Below, one piece after another: positions 1 to 16,810 of a stretch of DNA of 64,000 bases. The notes beneath the pieces are model-generated. The model was not told the DNA's origin. It searched no databases and saw only the letters and a program-made list of their open reading frames with translations. The stretch comes from Eledone cirrhosa (taxonomy: Eukaryota): contig OZ024740.1 in the NCBI GenBank assembly GCA_964016885.1, forward strand, positions 392,894,001-392,958,000, read 5' to 3'. A program made the translations under genes and the position numbers. The first letter of the stretch is position 1. Each line of letters begins with the position of its first letter.

Positions 1-98
1 TTTTTCCGTTTATCGTTTTCGGTGCACCCGGCCGATTAACCCACTCGATATGCATATTGGGCTACTCAGCCGTTAATATGCATAAGGTAAGTATATAC

Positions 99-185
99 GT
101 TCAACAATCTGGCAGGAAGGTATACGTTGCTGATGATAGCTAACAAGCTTGAAACTAGTACAGCGTTCCTTTGTCAGTGTTGAAC
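99..185 (+). ncRNA. Type I hammerhead ribozyme, copy 1 (predicted cleavage after GUA at 160)
   Basis: Core CTGATGA at 130-136; stem II AGCT-aaca-AGCT at 138-149; GAAAC at 151-155; palindromic stem III AC-TA-GT; GTA cleavage triplet at 158-160. Stem I is ACGTTG(124-129)/CAGCGT(161-166), extended by AAGG/CCTT, CTGGCA/TGTCAG and GTTCAACA/TGTTGAAC. Confidence 0.8.
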
Positions 186-522
186 AAACGAGCAACGGTG
201 GTTGCTAGACACTACGGCTTAATACGGGATGTTTGTTTACAAACACACCGAGCATTATAATAAATGTTCGGTGAATCCATACGTGCATATATATATGTGT
301 GCATGTATGTATATATATATATATACATACTACTGTACGTCGGTATACATATATGTATGTACGTGTACATACTTATATTTAAGTAACAGCCGTACTAAGA
401 GTGGGAAATGAAATATCGTTTCATTTTTTCCGTTTATCGTTTTCGGTGCACCCGGCCGATTAACCCACTCGATATGCATATTGGGCTACTCAGCCGTTAA
501 TATGCATAAGGTAAGTATATAC

Positions 523-609
523 GTTCAACAATCTGGCAGGAAGGTATACGTTGCTGATGATAGCTAACAAGCTTGAAACTAGTACAGCGTTCCTTTGTCA
601 GTGTTGAAC
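523..609 (+). ncRNA. Type I hammerhead ribozyme, copy 2 (cleavage after 584)
   Basis: Same sequence as 99-185, shifted by 424. Confidence 0.8.
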
Positions 610-946
610 AAACGAGCAACGGTGGTTGCTAGACACTACGGCTTAATACGGGATGTTTGTTTACAAACACACCGAGCATTATAATAAATGTTCGGTGAAT
701 CCATACGTGCATATATATATGTGTGCATGTATGTATATATATATATATACATACTACTGTACGTCGGTATACATATATGTATGTACGTGTACATACTTAT
801 ATTTAAGTAACAGCCGTACTAAGAGTGGGAAATGAAATATCGTTTCATTTTTTCCGTTTATCGTTTTCGGTGCACCCGGCCGATTAACCCACTCGATATG
901 CATATTGGGCTACTCAGCCGTTAATATGCATAAGGTAAGTATATAC

Positions 947-1033
947 GTTCAACAATCTGGCAGGAAGGTATACGTTGCTGATGATAGCTAACAAGCTTGA
1001 AACTAGTACAGCGTTCCTTTGTCAGTGTTGAAC
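947..1033 (+). ncRNA. Type I hammerhead ribozyme, copy 3 (cleavage after 1008)
   Basis: Same sequence as 99-185, shifted by 848. Confidence 0.8.
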
Positions 1034-1221
1034 AAACGAGCAACGGTGGTTGCTAGACACTACGGCTTAATACGGGATGTTTGTTTACAAACACACCGAG
1101 CATTATAATAAATGTTCGGTGAATCCATACGTGCATATATATATGTGTGCATGTATGTATATATATATATATACATACTACTGTACGTCGGTATACATAT
1201 ATGTATGTACGTGTACATACT

Positions 1222-3680
<2,459 letters not shown>

Positions 3681-3682
3681 AT

Positions 3683-4012
3683 GGAGGCACATGGCTTAGT
3701 GGTTAGAGCATTGGCCTTGCAATCGAAAGGTTGTGAGTTCAATTCTCAGACTGGGTGATGTTGTTTCCTTGAGCAAGACACGTTATTTCACATTGCTCCA
3801 GTTTACTCAGCTGTAGAAATGAGATGATAGGGACTGGGGTCCCTATCATTCCACTGCAAAGTGGTCGTGGAGCTGCCACGGCAAAAAAGCACCCAGCACT
3901 CACTGTAAATGAGGTTGGTGTTAGGAAGGGCATCCAGCTGTAGAAATTAAGCCAGAATAAGTTCCCGTCCCACCCTTGCAAGCAGGGAAAAGCGGACGTA
4001 AAACGAAATGAT
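3683..4012 (+). mobile_element. tRNA-derived SINE (family B) with a CORE-like body, an RTE 5'-UTR-like module and an RTE-A 3' tail
   Basis: A box TGGCTTAGTGG; B box GAGTTCAATTC; CCTTGAGCAAGACAC body; tail CCCGTCCCACCCTTGCAAGCAGGGAAAAGCGGACGTAAAA identical to the RTE-A 3' end. Three copies in the window. Confidence 0.9.
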
Positions 4013-4951
<939 letters not shown>

Positions 4952-6561
4952 TCATCATCATCATCATCATCAACGTTTAACGTCCGTGTTCCACGCTTGC
5001 ATGGGTTTGGACGGGGGTAGTCCCACTTGAGGCAAGAGTGATTGTCTTGCTCGCATAGGTTGTCTGGCAGGTTTTCTACAGTTGGATGCCCTTCCTAACA
5101 CCAACCACATTTACAGTGTGGGTCTGGGAGGTTTTTACCGTGTTGCCTACACGGCCACATTACAGCGTGGACTGTGTGTTTTTTTGTCGTGACACCTACA
5201 CGATCTCATTTGTTTCGGCCTCGATGGCGCGGCACCAACATAACTTTACATAGAACGGGGTGGTGTGGATGGGCTGGGGGTGGGGGTGGTGGGACGGGGT
5301 GTATTTTGTTAGAGATGCCTACTGGCTGGAGTAGGTTTTACTATATATTTAGGTAAGGCGGGTCTTCTCTGTTACTGAGTACCGCCAAAGGTCTCGGTCC
5401 AGTGACATTGTCTTGGAGAGGTGTAAGTGTGTGATGTCGGAGTTTATCAGCTCGTCCCAGGTTTTTCTAGGTCTGCCTATTCCGTGACTACCGTCTATCT
5501 TTATTGCCCTGCACTTTGTTATACAGCTATCGACTTTCATGCGCATCACGTGTCCATACCAACGTAGCCTTCTCTCGAGTAAACAACATCTGATCCCTCT
5601 TATCTCTAATTTTTCCTTAGTTCGTTTATGCTTTGCCGTTCACGTATATTACTGTTACACATCCAGCGGAGCATGCAAGCTTCGTTCCTCTCTAGTCTGC
5701 GTATATCCTCTACACACAATGCCCAGGTCTCACTGCCATGCAACATTGCTGTTCGTATGCAGGCATCGTACAACCTGCCTTTCATTTTTAGTGAGAACCC
5801 TTTAGCAGCTAATAGTGGTATAAGCTCTCTGAACTTTTTCCAACCAGTTCTGACTCTAGCTACAGTACTTTCAGAGCACCCTCCCCCACTGCTGATTTTA
5901 TCGCCCAGGTAACGGAAGCTGTCCACTATTTCTATAGAACCCTCTGCGCAATTGAAAGAGCTAGTAGTTTTGGGCACTTGCTGCTACTTATTGCACCAGA
6001 GCACCGGCCACATGTAAAATCTATGTTCTTAGTTAGCGTACCTGTGATCCCACTACATCTTTTATGCACCCATACTTTGCATTTAGGACATAAAATGGAG
6101 TTTCTACCTACGCCTTTCCTACACACCGAGCACGACCATTTCCCAGAAGGGACCGCCGCCTTGTTTTCTTTCCTACAAACTAGTACTTTGGTCTTAGCCA
6201 GGTTAATTTTAAGTCCTTTTGACTCTAGGCCGTGCTTCCATGTTTGGAATTTCTTCTCTAGCTCGGCCATTGATTCCGCTATGAGTGTCAGGTCATCTGC
6301 GTATAGGAGTTCCCATGGGCAGCCTGTCTTGAACTCCTCTGTTATAGCCTGAAGGGCAATAATAAATAGTAGTGGGCTGAGAACAGAGCCCTGATGGACG
6401 CCAACTTTTACGCTAAACTCTTCACTATATTCGTTGTTAATTCTAACCTTGCTGACTGTTTCTTTATACATGGCTTGTATAGCCCTCACAAGCCATTCGT
6501 CAACGCCTAGTTTTCTAAGAGCCCACCAGATAATGGAGCGGGGGACTCTGTCGAAGGCTTT
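4952..6561 (-). mobile_element. RTE-clade LINE family B, 5'-truncated (RT C-terminal half, PHD finger, 3' UTR, (GAT)n tail)
   Basis: Translation [28 protein letters not shown], frameshifted near 5975 and 5605; near-identical to 39835-41435 in inverted orientation. Confidence 0.95.
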
Positions 6562-7400
<839 letters not shown>

Positions 7401-7655
7401 AATAACTAGGAATTGATCAACATATATATAAATAAATATAAACATGAAAAATCACAGGAGATAATTTTGGATATAGATATATAAATACTGCTCCTTAATT
7501 GTAGAGCTAACTCTGTTGAAGGGAATTGACTGCTATTTCTAGTTGTCGAATACCTATTCACGCCACTGAAATGAAGCCGCTGTGATGTGTAATATCAACA
7601 CGTGGTAACGGCCAGTTTAAGATTTTGACTCGAAGTGTAAACATGGATCGCTTGA

Positions 7656-7722
7656 TAGCTGGATGCCCTTCCTAACACCAACCACATTTACGGTGTGGGG
7701 CTGGGAGGTTTTTACCGTGTTG

Positions 7723-7725
<3 letters not shown>
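7656..7725 (-). mobile_element. Short fragment of the RTE-B 3'-UTR module
   Basis: AGCTGGATGCCCTTCCTAACACCAACCACATTTAC...CCGTGTTGCCT matches 5080-5148. Confidence 0.8.
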
Positions 7726-9717
<1,992 letters not shown>

Positions 9718-12700
9718 ATCATCATCATCATCATCATTTTACGTCCGCTTTTCCCTGCTTGCAAGGGTGGGACGGGTCTTATTCAGCACAGCATCTCTCC
9801 ACTCGTCACGGTCCCTCGTCACCTCCACCGTGAGCTTCAATGATCTGAGGTCTGTTCTCACCACCTCCGCCCATGTTTTTCGTGGTCTACCTCTACCACG
9901 TCTTCCTTCAACTGGCATTTCCTGGCACTTCTTCACCCATCGGTCATCCTCCATGCGCATCACATGTCCATACCACCTCAGTCTCCTCTCCCGTACACTA
10001 CATTCTATCCCTCTCAGACACAGTTTCTCTCTCAACACATTTATGCTGGGTCGTTCACGCACATTTACACTGCACATCCAACGGAGCATGCTTGCCTCAT
10101 TTCTCTCCAGCCGTCGCATATCTTCTGCGGTAGCTGCCCATGTCTCACTACCATGCAGCATCGCGCTCCTCACACAGGCATCATACAACCGGCCTTTCGT
10201 ATGCAGGGAGAAACCCTTCTTCGTCAACAGAGGAAGCAGCTCCCTAAACTTCTTCCAACCCGTCCTTATTCTAGATACTATGGCCTCGGAACACCCTCCT
10301 CCCATGCTAATCTGATCTCCTAGGTACCGGAAGCTATCCACCACTTCTATAGCGCCCTCTCGCATTTGAAAAATGTGTCTATCAGTGCGACTTCTACTGT
10401 CTAATTTCCCTGTACATCTACTGCATACATATTTCTCCCTACCTGTTAGTTTGCCTGCTATCCCGCTACATCTCTTGTGTACCCAGGACCTACATTGTGT
10501 GCATTTTATAGAATTTATGCCAGTTCCTTTTCTGCACATCGAACATGGCCATTTCCCTGACGGAATCAGGGTTTTGTCCTCTTTTCTACTCATCAACACT
10601 TTTGTCTTAGCTAGATTTACTCTCAGTCCTCTTGCTTCCAACTGCTGTTTCCATAGCCGGAATTTATTCTCTAGCTCCTCTACTGATTCTGCCATAAGAG
10701 CCAGATCGTCAGCATAGAGAAGTTCCCATGGACAGCCAGTCTTAAACTCCTCTGTTATGGCTTGGAGGACTATAATGAACAAGAGCGGGCTGAGGACCGA
10801 ACCCTGATGTACTCCTACTTGTATCTGGAATTCCTCACTAAACTCCATTCCTACCCTGACTTTACTGAGAGTACCTCTGTACAAAGTTTGCACTGTCCTT
10901 ACAAGCCATTCCTGAACACCCAGCTTCCTTAGGGACCACCAGATGACAGATCGGGGTACCCTATCAAAGGCCTTCTCTAGGTCAACAAAGGCTAAGTATA
11001 GTGGCTTATTCTTCTCTAAGAACCTCTCTTGCATTTGTCTCACCAAGAAGAGGGCATCTGTTGTACTCTTCCCAGGCACAAAACCAAACTGCATCTCATC
11101 TAGTTTGACCCTTTCTCTAATTAGTTGTGCTAAAATCCTTTCTGCCACTTTCATAACCTGATCTATCAGTTTTATACCCCTATAATTGCTCCTCTCCAAA
11201 GCATCCCCTTTACCTTTGTAGCAATTTATGAGAATACTGCTGCACCAGTCTTTGGGTATGACACCACCATATATAGCCTGATTGATTATGCGTGCAACCA
11301 GTTTAGTGCCTACGTCCCCTGATGCCTTCAGCATCTCAGCAACTATTCCCGATGGTCCGGCCGCCTTACCATTTTTCATTTCCCTAATCGCCTCTTGGAC
11401 CCTATATTCGTCAATCTCAATAGCTGGTCCCTCTGTCGGATCTACCAAGGGTAATTTCTCTCTCTCCCATTCGTTCTCCACATTCATCAGTCTCTCATAA
11501 TGACATTTCCAGGCCTCCTTTTTCTGGTCATTCGTGACACTAAGTACACCGGCATCATCCCGGACACATTTATCACCAACAACATCCTGATTTGCATTGA
11601 CACACTGCCTTGCAATGTGGAACACCGCACGCCTCTGATCTTCCCGTCGCAGAACATTGGCAAACCTCCTACTCTCTGCCTCCCTGCGTGCTAAGTACAC
11701 CTGACGTCTAGCTTCTCTCTAAGTGGCTGTATATTCTTCCCTACTCCCACCCTTATTCCAAGCCTTCCATGCTAGTCTTTTGTCTCTAATAGCCTTATCT
11801 ACACTGCTGTTCCACCACCAGGTCACTCTCTGTCTGGTTGGAGCTCTGCTCCAGCCACAGGTTTCATCAGTAGCCTTCAGCAAGTTGTCACGTAAGAACT
11901 TCCAGTTATTATCTATGTCATACGTCTCTAAATCGTCTTCTTTTTCGTCATATACATCTTGAAGGGCTTTCCTAAATTTGAATTTTAGTGAAAGGTCTTT
12001 TAGCTTCCAGACCTTTCTTCTCCACACCTTCCTATATGTCTCATTCCATCTCTTGCTTACTGAGATATCACTAACAACTAACCTATGCTGTGGGGGTACA
12101 TTCTTCCCCAGGGTATGCCTTGGTATTAGACACTATCTGCCTGTCCCGCTGCCTAACTAGCAGGAAGTCAATCTGGCTTATGTGCTCACCAGATTTGTAG
12201 GTTATTAGGTGATTGGCAGGTTTCTGGAAGTTTGTGTTGCAAATAGTCAATGTACTTGCATCACAAAATTCAAGAAGTCTCACTCCTTCATTTCTTGAAC
12301 CGTAACCGTGCCCACCATGTACCCCAGTGTAACCATCCTGGAGCTGTCCAACATGACCATTGAAGTCTCCTGCTAGCATAACGATGTCTCCGTCCTCTGT
12401 CATTGTGGTTGTTTGCAAAAGTTGCTCATAAAAGCAGTCTTTCTCATCTTTGCCTAGGCCTGCTTGGGGAGCATAGACCGAGATGATTGTCAGTAGTCTC
12501 CTACCTACAACTAATCTAAGCTTAATTATTCGATTACTAACTCGAACTACCTCTATTGTCTTATTGATCCATTTCTCAGCCAGGAAAATGCCTACTCCCC
12601 CTAACCCATCATCCTTACCTACCCAGAATAGCTTATAGCTAAGACGCTTGCCTATGACTAGTCTCGCAGAGGCACCCCTCCATCTCACCTCTTGCACGCA

Positions 12701-12990
12701 GCACACATCCACCTGCCTTCTCTCCAGCATCTCCGCTATTTCAGCAGATCTACCTCTGAGAGTGCCAACATTAAGTGTTGCAACTCTGAGATGCGACGTC
12801 TTCATATTTTTCTATGCTGTTTTGTTGCTGTGCTGATAAGCTTTTTGGCATTGATACACTGGTTGGATGCCCTTCCTAACACCAGCGCCACTTTACAGCA
12901 TGGACTGGGTGCTTTTATTTGTGCCACCAGCACTAGAGAGGATGTCTTACTAGACTCAAGGGCCCTCTCTACCCCTCCATTTTACAGCAT
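9718..12990 (-). mobile_element. Near full-length RTE-clade LINE (family A)
   Basis: Structured 5' UTR (about 12810-12990), single APE-RT ORF, stop codon directly before the (GAT)n tail at 9718-9737. Confidence 0.95.
9739..12805 (-). pseudogene. RTE-A polyprotein of about 1020 aa (AP endonuclease, reverse transcriptase, PHD finger) with two lesions
   Basis: APE motifs TLNVGTL, VQEVRW, AGDFNGH, SQIDF; RT motifs [26 protein letters not shown] +1 frameshift in a G run at 12092-12096 and an in-frame TAG at 11719-11721 split it into three ORF pieces. Confidence 0.93.
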
Positions 12991-13145
12991 GGTCATTAAA
13001 AAAAAAAAAAAAAAAAAAAACTTATTGACACGACTCACACACTAATACTCATGCATACAAACCACAACCACACATACCAACACTCATTCATGCATACAAT
13101 CACGCACACCACTCACAAACATATATATATATATATACATATATT

Positions 13146-13331
13146 TGTTTCTACTTTAGGCACAAGGCCAGCAATTACCCAGTGCATTACTGGTACTTTA
13201 TTTTATCGACCCCGTAAGGATGAAAGGCAAAGTCAACCTCGGCGGGATTTGAACTCAGATCGTAAAGGGACGTAACTATGCTGGAAAGCATGGCGTCCGA
13301 CCCTCTACCGATACTGCCAATCCACCGCCCT
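13146..13331 (-). mobile_element. tRNA-derived SINE family A (Nin-domain-like body), full length
   Basis: GGCGGTGGATTGGCAG head, GAGTTCAAATCC B box, GCCTTTCATCCTTACGGGGTCGATAAAATAAAGTACCAG body; flanked by TATATATACATATATT direct repeats (TSD). Confidence 0.9.
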
Positions 13332-13469
13332 TTATATATACATATATTACCGACAGTACTGATACAAAATCAAAATCAAAGTCAAAATCGTCAAAATCAC
13401 TATCATGTCAACTGTTGACCTTTCCCAGTCCAGTTCGGCTTGTATATAATAACAATAACAATAATAATT

Positions 13470-13680
13470 GTTTGTTTACGCTGGTAATGGCGGTGGTGGA
13501 TGGTGTCAGTGTGGTGGTGGTGGATGGTATCAGCGTGGTGGTGGTGGATGGTCAGTGATGGTGGTGGCAGTTGTTGGTGCTGTAGTTGTTATTGTAGTTG
13601 TTACTGTTGTTGTTGTCCTTCATTTCACTGCTGCTGTTGCTGCAGACAATGGTGTTGATGCTGTTATTGCTGTCGCATAT
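13470..13680. repeat. Low-complexity (GGT)n/(GTT)n tract
   Basis: Seen directly. Confidence 0.8.
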
Positions 13681-13859
13681 ATACAAATACATACACACAC
13701 ATTCAACACAGACGAAAGTGAGGCACTGAATGAACAATACAAACGTCTTTTCACACCTCTAATAAGTCACATGCAGATAAATAAGCCAGATGAGTTCTAT
13801 AACACTATATAGATATAAAGGTGAAAGATGTAAATTTGGCAGCTGGTACTGATGGTTTC

Positions 13860-14575
13860 CCAGCAATCCTCCTAAAAACATGCAAGCAAACATTAGTAAA
13901 ACCACTGCGGATCCTCTTCCAAAGATCCCTGCAAGTGGTAAACTACCTGGAAAACTAAAAGAAGGCATAATATGCCCTATCCATAAATGAGGAAGCAGAG
14001 CAGATGCTAAAAGCTACAGACCTGTCTCCCTGACCTCACATATCAGCAAAGTCATGGGACAAATCATCAGAAGGAAACTGATCACTTTTCCCGAGGAAAA
14101 TGATCTTCTGACACTCAACATGGCTTTCGCCCAGGTAGAAGTTATCTTACGCAGCTCTTATAGCATTATAACTGGATACTCAGACAGCTGATAGACCGTT
14201 TGAACATAGAAGTGATATATCTTGACTTTGCAAAGGCCTTCAACAAGGTTGATCATGAAATGATATGTCACAAACTACATAGTTTTGGCATAGCTGGAAA
14301 ACTAGTTGAATGGCTTCATGACTTTTTAAAAGACAGAAGCCAGACTGTTGCAGCCAATGGGGTCCTCTTAATGGAAACATCAATAACAAGTAGTGTGCCC
14401 TAGTGAACGGTCTTTGGATCACTACTGTTTGTGGTGGCTCTCTCAGACATGCCCACAGTAATACGGAGAGCCTCCCTCACAAGCTATGCTAGTGACACGA
14501 AAGTAGCACAGGCAATCAACAAACTGCTTGATGCTACTCTCTTAAAACAAGATTTAGATGCCATATACGGATATA
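13860..14575 (+). mobile_element. Degenerate CR1-like LINE RT fragment
   Basis: Reads SYRPVSLTSHISKV, TQHGFRPGRS, VIYLDFAKAFNKVDH, and a decayed YADD region (SYASDTK), with stops and frameshifts. Confidence 0.8.
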
Positions 14576-14585
14576 GGCCTTCTGT

Positions 14586-14880
14586 TTAAAAATCCAGCAG
14601 TGACAGGGAACCATTTTTATTGGGGTGTTCTATGGTGAATCTTATGTTGTTATCTATGTTTGAGAATGTCATAGATATTATGTCGGCCTCTTCATGGGAT
14701 GGTGTGAGGATGAGTATATCATCTATGTATCGGGTGAAGAAGACACAGGAGTGGCAAGTGTTGAATGCTCGACATTCCAGTTGGTTCATAAAGGTGATGG
14801 GCAGAAGGCCTGAAAAACTGGATCCCATGGGAAGGCCTGTTGTTTGTTTGTATGTGTGGTGGTGGAAAGTGAAGTACACT
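14586..14880 (-). mobile_element. Penelope-like element (PLE) reverse transcriptase fragment
   Basis: YKQTTGLPMGS..FMNQLE..RYIDDI..IRFTIE..SLSLLD follows the PLE RT motif series. Confidence 0.85.
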
Positions 14881-14884
14881 TTCT

Positions 14885-15215
14885 AGTGTGGGCTGGGTGC
14901 TTTTTGTCGTGATACCAACATGACCACTTTACTGTGTGGACTTGGGACTGGGATAAGGCTGTAATGGCTTGGGAGATGAGTGGTGTGGTGTTAGTGTGGG
15001 AGGTGTATGGAAGGGGGAGGGAGGATAGTGGTTAAGCAGTGCATACTAGATGTATCCTTCAGTCCGTGTTCATGGTAAGGTGTCTCTTGTGTATTACTGC
15101 ATAACGCCAAAGATCTTGATAGACTGTCATTGTCTTTGTGAGGTTGCAGTTGTGCAAGGTCAGCTTTTATTATCTCATCCCAGGTCACCCCGAGTCTTCC
15201 TACTCCATAGCTTCC
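14885..15215 (-). mobile_element. Degenerate RTE 3' fragment
   Basis: TWDEIIKADL resembles RTE-B KTWDDLINSDL; followed by a decayed 3'-UTR module. Confidence 0.6.
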
Positions 15216-16474
15216 ATCAACTTTTATTGTGCTTGTTGTTTAACCCCAAGTCAGCTCTCATTGAGCAGGCATTTAAAGACATTCAAACTATTACCATATC
15301 ATCATTTTTTCAGACTTAGTGTGTCTAAGTTGCCCCATTAGATAAATAAGAATGTAGCATATTATTTAATGGTTGTTATTTGTAGCAAGTCAAGTTACCA
15401 CTTAGAAGTTCCTTAGTTCATTATTGTAAACACTGGTAACATTGATGTTCATTAGATTATAGTGCTTTTTTTCATGTAATTTGAAAAACTGTTGACATTA
15501 CATCCAGTCCATTGAGGGAGATATTGTCTTCTTAGTTTAACGCTACAGAAACAAGGGGTGAGGATAAAAAATGGCAACTATATTTCCATACTTGCAAATT
15601 TATTTATTATTTAGCCTCAACTGTTTAAATGATTAATTCAATTTTCAGTTGCCATGATCTATGTATGTATGTGCAGGGATATGGTGTATCTATTCCAAAC
15701 TATGTGGTGACTTGACTTTTTGAAATAGAACCCAAATATTCCTCAAATTACACTACCATATTTAAAAAAAAAAAAGACAGATACATTGAATGATGTAGTC
15801 CTGGATACACTATGCCTGAAAAATAAAAGATGGAATTGTTATGAATGGAATTCCTCTGATTATAATTCAGTCATTGTTGACCTTCACCAGAACAACAATT
15901 CTTATCCGTTAACAGAACTATTAAACTCTATGAAAATGTTACGCCTCCAGTGTGTGTGTGTATGTCTACTCACATATGCTTATATAGGCATACATACACA
16001 GGTGGAACAATGAGACTATTGAGGACTTTTTAATGTTTAGCTTGTGACTATCTAGTTATCTAATTTCATTTGAGGAAATCTTGTTTTAGTTGTTGATATT
16101 TCCTGGTCAGCAGCTTTGATTGAGCATCACATTGTTGGTCATAACCATCCTCTTTTTCTCGGGCATAATGAAAATAGGACTACAGTATCCAGTGTGTCCT
16201 TTCTTATCACAAATTGTGATTTGAAGGAGACTTACCAGTTATTCCTAGCAAGTCAGTTAACCATATAGAAGGTCCATTGTTGACTTGAAGGAACCTTGGA
16301 GAGTGGGTCTTTCTTTGAAGATAATTGCAGTCATGTTATTTTTAGATCTCAAGGTACAAATGTAATTAATTGAATTAGTTTATTATCTAATAGCATATCT
16401 ATATGTTTGAAACCCACTGTAGAATAATATTAGTGTTATAGTTCCAATTTTTTGAAAACTCATAATTATTTCCA

Positions 16475-16810
16475 GTTAACATCTATTTTTCATGCTTACA
16501 TGGATTGGACAGTCACATTCTGAAATTAGACAGATCAGAAGATTGTGTCTTGCTCACACGTTCCATTCTGGCGTGGTTTCTATAGCTGGCTGAGCTTCCT
16601 AATACAAACTACTTCATGCTGTGTGGGTTTGCTGGTTTGTGGCACTGCCACTACCATCTAACTGGTTATACTAAGCACCTTTTACCGTGGCACCATCACA
16701 ACCACCTAACTGGATAAACTGGATGCTTTTTAATGTGGCACCACCACTACCACAGAGTCAGCTGGGTACATTTTATTGTGGTACCAGTACTAACATTTAT
16801 CGCCACAAGG
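16475..16810 (-). mobile_element. Old non-autonomous RTE-derived element with about 4 tandem pseudoknot-module units
   Basis: RTE-type tail, decayed CCTTCCTAA hairpin and repeated GTGGCACC units about 45-50 bp apart. Confidence 0.6.

Larger units (their letters stand above)
1..1221 (+). repeat. Tandem array of a 424-bp unit (about 2.9 copies visible, open at the window start); candidate non-LTR retrozyme array
   Basis: Sequence at 1, 425 and 849 repeats with period 424 and appears identical by eye; the third copy runs into a (TA)n array at about 1222. Each unit contains a hammerhead ribozyme. Confidence 0.95.

Noticed and set aside
229-411. 60-aa ORF repeated in each 424-bp unit
   Set aside because: Low-complexity, runs through a TA/TG tract and has no recognisable domain; the unit is better explained as structured RNA.
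1-1221. Spliced-leader RNA gene array or triplicated SNX13 promoter/first exon
   Set aside because: A donor site is present, but I see no Sm-binding site downstream, and the hammerhead explains the structure better. The exon idea is kept only as a testable side hypothesis.
3683-3755. tRNA gene
   Set aside because: tRNA-like head of a SINE with A/B boxes; it continues into a SINE body and recurs as dispersed copies.
12930-12975. HDV-like ribozyme at the RTE-A 5' end
   Set aside because: TAGAGAGG/CCTCTCTA and GTCT/AGAC helices exist, but the L3 and J4/2 consensus elements are missing.
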